A DNA stretch of 64,000 nucleotides, from positions 71,673-135,672 of the forward strand of contig WJMA01000054.1 in NCBI GenBank assembly GCA_014728175.1, read 5' to 3'. Origin of the DNA: Candidatus Fermentibacterota bacterium (lineage in GTDB: Bacteria; Fermentibacterota; Fermentibacteria; Fermentibacterales; JCC-6). Made by a program: the position numbers and the translations under genes. Of this stretch, positions 57,640 through 64,000 are shown piece after piece. The number at the start of each line of letters is the position of its first letter. The first letter of the stretch is position 1. The notes under the pieces were generated by a model. It made no database searches. It worked only from the letters and a program-made list of their open reading frames with translations, and was not told where the DNA came from.

Positions 57640-59007
57640 TCAGGCCCTGTACACCGTCTTCGCGTTCACGAACTCCAGTATTCCCTCCCTGGATAGTTCC
57701 CTGCCGTAACCGGATCCCTTGATCCCTCCGAAGGGAAGCCGGGGATCGGATCGCACGAACGTGTTCACGAAGCAGCAACCCGCCCGCAGCCGATCCGCGG
57801 CTATGCGCTCGCCTTTCTCCACGTCGGACGTGAAGACGGCGGCTCCCAGTCCGAAGGAGGTGTCGTTTGCCAGCCGGATGCATTCCTCCTCGTCCGCCGC
57901 CTCCAGCACGGCCGCCACCGGGCCGAAGGTTTCCTCGTCGAACGCGGGCATGCCCTTACTCACCCCGGTCAGAACCGACGGAGGATAGAACCAGCCCCGG
58001 CCCCCGGGCATCTCGCATCCCAGCGCCACCGAGGCTCCCATCTTCACGCTCCTCCGGACCTGGCCGTGGATCTCCTCCCGCAGATCGGCCCTGGCCATGG
58101 GCCCTACGTCCACCCCTCCTTCCAGCGGATCTCCCATCGTCCTGGCGGCCATTCGCTCGATCAGCAAATCGCAGAAATCGAAGGATACCTTTCTCTCCAC
58201 GATCATCCTCTTCGCCGATATGCAGCACTGCCCCGCGTTTATGAGCCTGGAGAAGGCACACGTCTCGGCGGCCGCGCGCAGGTCCGCGTCCGCCAGGATC
58301 ACGTAGGGGTCGCTTCCGCCCAGCTCCAGCACGGACGGAATCAGGGAGGCCCCCGCCGAGCTGCCCACGGAGATCCCGGCCGGGGTGCTTCCGGTGAGGG
58401 ACACCCCCCTCACTCTAGGGTCGGCGATGACGTCGGAAACCTTGTCGGAGGGCAGAACGAGTACGTCGAACAGGCCCTCGGGGAAACCGGCGCCCCGAAT
58501 GATCTCACCTATCCTCAGAGCACAGCCGGTCACGTTGGACGAATGCTTCAGAAGGGCGGCGTTTCCGGCCATGAGTGACGGGGCGAGGAACCGGAATACC
58601 TGCCAAAAGGGAAAGTTCCAGGGCATCACCGCCAGCAGAACCCCCAGCGGCCTGTACGTCACGTAGCTTCTCGCCGCGTCCGTGGGTATCGGACGGTCTT
58701 CCAGATGCGCCTCGGCGTTCCCGGCGTAGTAGTCGCATACCCGGGCGCACTTCTCAGCTTCCGACCGGCCCTCGGTCAAGGGCTTGCCCATCTCCGTCGC
58801 CATCAGCCGCGCCAGGTCCGAGGCCCGCTCTCGAAGCAGCCGAGCAGCTCCGCCCATAACCTCCGCCCGTTCTCCGAACCCGGTCGCCGCCCATTCCCGC
58901 TGGGCGGACTCCGCCGCCTCCAGCATCTCCTCGATCCGTTCCGGAGAGGTCTCCGAGTACGACGCTATACGTTCCTCCGTGGATGGGTTGTACGATTCGA
59001 GTGCCAC
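57640..59007 (-). CDS. NAD(P)-dependent aldehyde dehydrogenase (succinate-semialdehyde dehydrogenase-like)
   Basis: 455 aa; ELGGSDP catalytic Glu region and QCCISAKR catalytic Cys. Confidence 0.85.
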   Translation of the reverse strand: MALESYNPSTEERIASYSETSPERIEEMLEAAESAQREWAATGFGERAEVMGGAARLLRERASDLARLMATEMGKPLTEGRSEAEKCARVCDYYAGNAEAHLEDRPIPTDAARSYVTYRPLGVLLAVMPWNFPFWQVFRFLAPSLMAGNAALLKHSSNVTGCALRIGEIIRGAGFPEGLFDVLVLPSDKVSDVIADPRVRGVSLTGSTPAGISVGSSAGASLIPSVLELGGSDPYVILADADLRAAAETCAFSRLINAGQCCISAKRMIVERKVSFDFCDLLIERMAARTMGDPLEGGVDVGPMARADLREEIHGQVRRSVKMGASVALGCEMPGGRGWFYPPSVLTGVSKGMPAFDEETFGPVAAVLEAADEEECIRLANDTSFGLGAAVFTSDVEKGERIAADRLRAGCCFVNTFVRSDPRLPFGGIKGSGYGRELSREGILEFVNAKTVYRA

Positions 59008-59262
59008 AGGGCCCTCCTTTCACCATCTGAAATATCCGATCCAAAAGCCCAACCGGAACCGATTCTAACGAAAGCCCTCTGGTAACCGTTGTCAATCGGC
59101 CACATCCATTACATGGCTAATTATCAACCTGGGAATAAGTTAACAGTGATATCAAGGGAGGCCGAGAGCATCCATAGTGGGCGAGGACGCCCTTCAAATT
59201 CCGACAGAAAAAGTATCAAACTCATGGCAGTCAGGGCTTTGTGAATCCAGCAACGATCTAGC

Positions 59263-59274
59263 GGGTATCGATAC
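59263..59274. promoter_or_regulatory. Perfect 12-bp palindrome GGTATCGATACC in the 458-bp divergent intergenic region
   Basis: Read directly; a second ATCGAT-containing element (CTATCGATCATCGA) lies ~22 bp downstream. Candidate regulator-binding sites. Confidence 0.3.
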
Positions 59275-59465
59275 CGCCTCGCGGCCTTGACTATCGATCA
59301 TCGACTTTGTTGGTTACCGTTTCTGCACGACTGGGCTCGCAGCCGACAGGCCAGGGGGGAGCCCCGAACCAGTTACGATCGAGGTTTTCCTGTCGGCCCA
59401 TCAAAACCGGGTTAGGTCTGCACCGCAAGGTGTTGGAAGACTGAGAGGTCTCGGTTCTCAGCGAT

Positions 59466-60491
59466 ATGCATTACCTGAGCCATGATAGACTCAGGCAGCT
59501 TCTGGAAAAGCTGACCTCCAGCTACAGTGTGTTCGTCCCGGTGGAGGACGGCAGCGGTCTACAATACGTTCCCTACACGTCGGACCTGGAGCATTTCGAC
59601 CCCGGCCAAGTCAGAGCGTTCGAGCCCCTTAAGCTCTTCTTCCAGAGGGCCCGGGAGGTAGTCGCCCAAGACTACGACACCGACCTTCCCGGCCAAGATA
59701 AGAAGCCGGTCTGCGTGGTGGGGGCCAAGGCCTGCGACCTCAAAGGGTTCAAGGTCCTTGACCATGCCCTGCTGAAGGGCGAGTACGAGGACCCGTTCTA
59801 CAAGAGGAATCGGGAGCGGAACCTGATCATCTCCTGCGACTGTACCACCGCCCTGGACACCTGCTTCTGCATGGCCATGGGGGTGAAGCCTTTCCCCGAG
59901 GAAGCCTTCGACATCAACCTGTCTCCCGTGGAGGGGGGTTACCTCGTCGAGGCCGGATCTAAGAAGGGAGAGGCCCTCCTGGAAGCGTCCTCGGGCATTC
60001 TGGGGGAGCCGGACCAGGACATGATGGCAGAGAGGGGTAGAACCCGCAACCAGGTGGCCGAGCTGGTCCAGGCCAACATCGAGGAGTCGGGGGTGCCCGA
60101 CCGGAAGAGTCTGGAAGGCGCGGTCAGACGCATGTACGATTCCGAGGTATGGGCGGACGAGGCCCGGACCTGCGTGGAATGCGGGGCATGCAACACCATA
60201 TGCCCCACCTGCCACTGCTTCCTGCTTTACGACCAGAAGAACGAAGGAAAGATGGAGCGCCTCCGCATCTGGGACTCCTGCCTGTTGAAGGGATTTGCCC
60301 GGGTCGGCGGAGGCGACAATCCACGGCCGGAGCTGTGGATGCGGCTTCGCAACCGGTTCGAGAAGAAGTTCGATTTCTTCCCGGAGGTGGCGAACGTCTA
60401 CGCCTGTACCGGCTGCGGCAGATGCATCACCGGTTGCCCGGCCAAGATAGACATAAGAGAGGTTCTGGGCAGGTTGGTTTCCAATGGGTAA
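59466..60491 (+). CDS. AsrA-family Fe-S protein (anaerobic sulfite reductase subunit A / sulfhydrogenase beta-like)
   Basis: Colinear with AsrA blocks: …VCVVGAKACDLKG…, …ISCDCTTALDTCFCMAMG…, CVECGACNTICPTCHCF, …IWDSCLLKGFARVGGG…, CTGCGRCITGCP. Confidence 0.8.
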   Translation: MHYLSHDRLRQLLEKLTSSYSVFVPVEDGSGLQYVPYTSDLEHFDPGQVRAFEPLKLFFQRAREVVAQDYDTDLPGQDKKPVCVVGAKACDLKGFKVLDHALLKGEYEDPFYKRNRERNLIISCDCTTALDTCFCMAMGVKPFPEEAFDINLSPVEGGYLVEAGSKKGEALLEASSGILGEPDQDMMAERGRTRNQVAELVQANIEESGVPDRKSLEGAVRRMYDSEVWADEARTCVECGACNTICPTCHCFLLYDQKNEGKMERLRIWDSCLLKGFARVGGGDNPRPELWMRLRNRFEKKFDFFPEVANVYACTGCGRCITGCPAKIDIREVLGRLVSNG

Positions 60492-61308
60492 TACCACCAA
60501 TCCCTACAGCATGGTGCGCTCGAGGGTGCTGAAGGTGGTCAAGGAGACCCCCACCATATACACGATAAGGCTCAAGCCCGACCGGGAGGTCCCTTTCGAT
60601 CCCGGTCAGTTCATCCAGCTGACGGTTCCGGGGGTGGGCGAGGCGCCCTTCACCCCCTCCTCTCACTACAGGAAGCCCGAGACCCTCGACGTAACCGTGG
60701 CCCGGGTGGGCAAGGTCACCGACAGGATCCACCAGCTCAGCCCGGGAGACGAGGTAGGGATACGGGGGCCCTACGGCAACAACTACCCGCTGGAAGATTT
60801 CCGGGACCGCGAAGTTCTGGTGGTGGGCGGCGGCGTTGGGTTCGCCCCGATGAGGGCGGTTATGTACGGCCTGTTCGACATCGTATCCAGCCTGGCCAAG
60901 CTCCTCTACCGGGGCGGTTGCAGGAATCCCTCCGAGCTGGTGTACCGCGAGGAGATGTCCCGATGGTTCGACCGCGACGACCTGAACATCGTTCTTACCG
61001 TGGACGAGGGCGACGAGACCTGGCGGGGCCCCACCGGCGTGGTCACCACCATCCTGGAAGACCTTAGCCTGGACTTCGAGAGCGCGGTGGCCATCGTCTG
61101 CGGGCCACCCATAATGATGAAGTTCTCAACGCTGAAGCTTTTAGAGATGGGCTTCTCCGATTCCAACATTTTCCTGTCCATGGAGAAGAACATGTCCTGC
61201 GCGATAGGACAGTGCGGTCACTGCAGGATAGGCCCCTACTACTGCTGTACCGACGGGCCGGTTTTCAGGTACTCACAGATCAAGCAGTACCCTAATATCT
61301 GGGACTGA
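60484..61308 (+). CDS. AsrB-family FAD/NAD(P)-binding reductase with C-terminal 2Fe-2S (sulfhydrogenase gamma/PyrK-like)
   Basis: …GQFIQLTVPGVGEAPFT… (FAD), …VLVVGGGVGFAPMRAV… (NAD(P)), …MSCAIGQCGHCRIGPYYCCTDGPVF… (2Fe-2S); 8-bp overlap with the asrA-like gene. Confidence 0.8.
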   Translation: MGNTTNPYSMVRSRVLKVVKETPTIYTIRLKPDREVPFDPGQFIQLTVPGVGEAPFTPSSHYRKPETLDVTVARVGKVTDRIHQLSPGDEVGIRGPYGNNYPLEDFRDREVLVVGGGVGFAPMRAVMYGLFDIVSSLAKLLYRGGCRNPSELVYREEMSRWFDRDDLNIVLTVDEGDETWRGPTGVVTTILEDLSLDFESAVAIVCGPPIMMKFSTLKLLEMGFSDSNIFLSMEKNMSCAIGQCGHCRIGPYYCCTDGPVFRYSQIKQYPNIWD

Positions 61309-61314
61309 CGGAGG

Positions 61315-61890
61315 ATGGAAAGAACCAAGAGCTTCAAGGGCAGCGCTGAGCAGTTGCACATGGGACGGGCCAACCCCGAGCCCCGGCCGGGGAGCGACCT
61401 CAGGCTGTACGTCGACCTGGACGTCTGCGCTACCGGCGAGTGCGAGGAGTGCGTCGTCGAGTGCAGCTACTTCTACCACCCCTGGAACAACGGGATTGTA
61501 TCAGCGGTGGAGCTCGCCACCTACTACCTGGTCTGCAGGCGCTGCGAAGAGCCCCATTGCGTCAACGCCTGTCCCAAGGACGCGCTGGCGCAGCTGGAGG
61601 AAAAGGACAACATGCTGGTCAGGTACCCCATCCGGTGCATCACCTGCCGGTCCTGCTCGCACGCCTGTCCTTACGGGACCATCTATCCCGAGCTGGTGCC
61701 CCAGCTGGTCCACATATGCGATTTCTGCTACGACCGGCGTGACCTGGAGGACGAGCCCCTGTGCATCAAGTCCTGTCCCTACGGAGCGCTGAAACTTATG
61801 CCCGCGGACACCGAGCTCGACGAGAACACGTTCCTGGTTGGTGACAACCTCATAGTCCATTCGACTCACTGGGACAGAGAGAAGGCATGA
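61315..61890 (+). CDS. HycB/CooF-like 4x[4Fe-4S] ferredoxin subunit
   Basis: CRRCEEPHCVNACP, CITCRSCSHACP, CDFCYDRRDLEDEPLCIKSCP and an N-terminal CATGECEECVVEC cluster. Confidence 0.75.
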   Translation: MERTKSFKGSAEQLHMGRANPEPRPGSDLRLYVDLDVCATGECEECVVECSYFYHPWNNGIVSAVELATYYLVCRRCEEPHCVNACPKDALAQLEEKDNMLVRYPIRCITCRSCSHACPYGTIYPELVPQLVHICDFCYDRRDLEDEPLCIKSCPYGALKLMPADTELDENTFLVGDNLIVHSTHWDREKA

Positions 61891-62810
61891 TCTACCTCCT
61901 CTATCTGCTGGTTTACGGTTTTCTGGCCACCGCGGCGCTGGGCCTTTTCCTAAGCTGGGTGGACCGGAAGGTCACGGCCAGGGTCCAGTACAGGGTGGGT
62001 CCCCCACTGCTTCAGCCTCTGTACGACGTAGTCAAGCTGATGGGCAAGGAGAACCTGATACCGGCGGGAGCCTCCCGCCTGGCGTTCGTGTCCGCGCCCC
62101 TTATCGGCTTCTCCTCGGTGGTGGTGGTGTCCGCCCTCCTGTGGAGCAACAACCTCAATCCTTCCCAGAGCTTCATGGGGGACTGGATAGTGGTCATCTA
62201 CCTGCTCACCATCCCCTCCATCAGCATCATCATGGGCGGGTTCGCCTCCAAGAACCCCCTGGCCAGCCTGGGAGCCTCCAGGGAGATGAAGCTCCTTATC
62301 GCTTACGAGCTCCCCTTCATTCTGGCCGCGCTGGTCCCGGTCATCAACTCCGGAGGCTCGCTTCGACTGGGCGAGATCCTCACCTGGCAGGCCGAGGCGG
62401 GGGCTACGGCCACCAACCTCTCGGGCATCATAGCCCTGCTGGTCATGATCCCCACCATACAGGCCAAGCTGGCGCTGGTTCCCTTCGACATCCCCGAGGC
62501 GGAGACCGAGATAGTGGAGGGCCCGATGGTGGAGTACTCCGGCACCGGCCTGGCGCTGTTCAAGCTTATGAAGAATATGCTCCTGTTCGTGATCCCCTTC
62601 TTCGCCACCATACTCTTCCTGGACGGGATTACCTTTCAGGGGATACACATACTGTGGGGAGCCCTGAAGATAGTGGTTCTGGTGGCTCTGGTCACAGTCA
62701 TCCGCAACACCAATCCGAGGGTGCGGATAGATCAGGCCCTACGTTTCTTCTGGGGGCCCGTAACGCTGCTGGCGGTCGCGGCCGTCGTGCTGGCGTACCT
62801 GGGTTTATAG
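61887..62810 (+). CDS. group-4 [NiFe] hydrogenase membrane subunit (NuoH/HycD/EchB family)
   Basis: 307 aa, ~8 TM, conserved …RKVTARVQYRVGP…LQPLYDVVKL… NuoH-family N-terminal block. Confidence 0.85.
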   Translation: MIYLLYLLVYGFLATAALGLFLSWVDRKVTARVQYRVGPPLLQPLYDVVKLMGKENLIPAGASRLAFVSAPLIGFSSVVVVSALLWSNNLNPSQSFMGDWIVVIYLLTIPSISIIMGGFASKNPLASLGASREMKLLIAYELPFILAALVPVINSGGSLRLGEILTWQAEAGATATNLSGIIALLVMIPTIQAKLALVPFDIPEAETEIVEGPMVEYSGTGLALFKLMKNMLLFVIPFFATILFLDGITFQGIHILWGALKIVVLVALVTVIRNTNPRVRIDQALRFFWGPVTLLAVAAVVLAYLGL

Positions 62811-62832
62811 CAATGTGTTTCGGGAGTAACCG

Positions 62833-63255
62833 ATGAGCATCAAACTCAAGGCGCTTCTCAAGTCACCCTGGGTGTTCCACTTCTCGACGGGAAGCTGCAA
62901 CAACTGCGATATAGAGATCCTGGACTGCCTTACTCCCAGGTTCGATATCGAGCGTTTCGGGATGCTGCTGGCCGGCAGCATCAAGCACGCGGACGTCCTT
63001 CTGGTAACCGGCTCCTGCAACCGGATGTCCGCCGACAGGCTAAGAAAGCTCTACGACCAGGTACCCAAGCCCTGTCTGGTGGTGGCCATCGGTGAGTGCT
63101 CAATGTCCAGGGGGATGTTCATTCACAGCTACAACTGTCCGGTTCCCCTGGACCATATCGTGCCGGTCGACGTTTACATCCCCGGTTGCCCGCCCAAGCC
63201 GGAAGCGATCATCGCAGGCGTGGTCAAGCTGATAGAGAAGGTACGCAGCTCATGA
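62833..63255 (+). CDS. group-4 [NiFe] hydrogenase small subunit (NuoB/HycG/EchC family)
   Basis: …FSTGSCNNCD…VAIGECSMSRGMF…IPGCPPKPEAI… carries the four Cys of the NuoB-type [4Fe-4S]. Confidence 0.85.
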   Translation: MSIKLKALLKSPWVFHFSTGSCNNCDIEILDCLTPRFDIERFGMLLAGSIKHADVLLVTGSCNRMSADRLRKLYDQVPKPCLVVAIGECSMSRGMFIHSYNCPVPLDHIVPVDVYIPGCPPKPEAIIAGVVKLIEKVRSS

Positions 63256-63725
63256 ACCGAGAAGAGATACTCCAGGATCTCAGGAGCAGGTTCGCCGGAG
63301 ACATCCTGGACTTCCAGGACAAGAGCCCGAAGAGGGTTTTCGTGGAGATAAGGCCCGAGGCTTTGAAGCAGGTGGCCCGACACGTATTCTTCGACCTGAA
63401 GGCCCGGTTCAACATAGCCTCCGGCATCGACACCCGGCGGGCGATAGAGATCCTTTACCATTTCACCATCGAAGACATAAACCTGATGATAAACCTCCGG
63501 GTGAAGCTGGACCGAGACCACCCGGTGATAGAGTCGCTGGCCCCCTGGATAGAGGCCACGAACTGGATCGAGAGGGAGATAAGCGAGCTTCTCGGAGTCG
63601 AGTTCAAGGGCCATCCGGACATGCGCAGGCTGCTTCTGGCCGACAACTGGCCTGAAGGCGTTTATCCACTCAGGCAGGACTACGAGGAGTGGGACGAAAC
63701 AGCGATAAGGGACAGAGGCGTCTGA
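63252..63725 (+). CDS. NuoC/EchD-like 30-kDa subunit of the group-4 hydrogenase
   Basis: Start at M53 of the track ORF (MNREEIL) gives ATGA overlaps on both sides; …ERE…GV.F.GHP…RRLLL… NuoC-family C-terminal block. Confidence 0.8.
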   Translation: MNREEILQDLRSRFAGDILDFQDKSPKRVFVEIRPEALKQVARHVFFDLKARFNIASGIDTRRAIEILYHFTIEDINLMINLRVKLDRDHPVIESLAPWIEATNWIEREISELLGVEFKGHPDMRRLLLADNWPEGVYPLRQDYEEWDETAIRDRGV

Positions 63726-64000
63726 TGGGCAAGAGAACCGTAGTTCCCATAGGGCCGTTCCATCCGCTGCAGGAGGAACCGGAGTTCTTTACCCTCACCG
63801 TCGAGGGCGAGCGGGTGGTGGACATAGACGTCCGCATAGGGTACAACCACAGGGGCATCGAAAAGCTCTCCGAGCGGAAGAACTTCGACCAGAGCACCTT
63901 CGTCATAGAGAGGATCTGCGGAATCTGCTCCACCAGCCACCCCTTCGCCTACACCAGGGCCGTGGAGGACGTATTCCCCATGGAGGTGCCCGAAAGAGCC
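63725..64000 (+). CDS. group-4 [NiFe] hydrogenase large subunit (NuoD/EchE/HycE family); partial, continues beyond window end
   Basis: MGKRTVVPIGPFHPLQEEPEFFTL…RIGYNHRGIEKL…RICGICSTSHPFAY retains the N-terminal Ni-binding CxxC pair, arguing for a true hydrogenase rather than a Cys-less Ehr/Nuo paralog. Confidence 0.8.
   Translation, partial: MGKRTVVPIGPFHPLQEEPEFFTLTVEGERVVDIDVRIGYNHRGIEKLSERKNFDQSTFVIERICGICSTSHPFAYTRAVEDVFPMEVPERA

Noticed and set aside
59230-59250. TTGTGAA Rex-like half-site upstream of the asrA-like gene
   Set aside because: No inverted partner (TTCACAA) at the expected spacing, so not called as a Rex box.
1-64000. Search for CRISPR arrays, IS/transposase genes, integrases, tRNA or rRNA
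   Set aside because: No spaced direct-repeat arrays, no DDE/tyrosine-recombinase-like ORFs and no tRNA-like cloverleaf sequences were recognised; all long ORFs are metabolic or envelope genes.

Overview
This is a high-GC (about 62-65%) bacterial chromosomal window, almost fully coding, with many 4-bp ATGA start/stop overlaps and no rRNA, tRNA, CRISPR array or obvious mobile element.

Positions 1-7.7 kb hold a GGDEF diguanylate cyclase running off the window start and a TetR-TolC-MFP-RND efflux operon ending in an MBL-fold hydrolase. Positions 7.8-28 kb hold housekeeping and envelope genes (protein L-isoaspartate O-methyltransferase, YARHG-domain protein, Fe-S aldo/keto reductase, TPR protein, a flippase/GT2/GT4/MFS glycan cluster, ALDH7-family dehydrogenase, lipoproteins, a CRTAC1/ASPIC-UnbV protein, a secreted 7-repeat beta-propeller protein and a decayed nupC fragment).

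From 28 to 64 kb there is a dense anaerobic energy-metabolism island:
- sucCD and a two-subunit class I fumarase.
- A minus-strand operon hdrC-hdrB-hdrA-mvhD followed by SdhB/FrdB-like and FrdA/TfrA-like fumarate-reductase genes.
- LeuCD-type hydro-lyase with icd, pckA, a LarA-family racemase and maeB.
- A cNMP-binding/acetate-kinase/PduL tri-domain fusion.
- A GlcD/GlcF-type FAD/Fe-S lactate dehydrogenase followed by an HdrC-like ferredoxin and an Mvh-type (group 3c) [NiFe] hydrogenase (second mvhD, mvhG, mvhA, maturation protease).
- An AsrA/AsrB-like NAD(P)H/Fe-S module directly upstream of a minimal group-4 (Ech/Hyc-like) membrane [NiFe] hydrogenase that runs off the window end.

The most interesting candidate systems are the Hdr/MvhD-coupled soluble fumarate reductase, the lactate-dehydrogenase-linked Mvh hydrogenase, and the AsrAB-like module fused to a group-4 hydrogenase. 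All functional assignments come from reading motifs in the supplied translations; no database search was possible.
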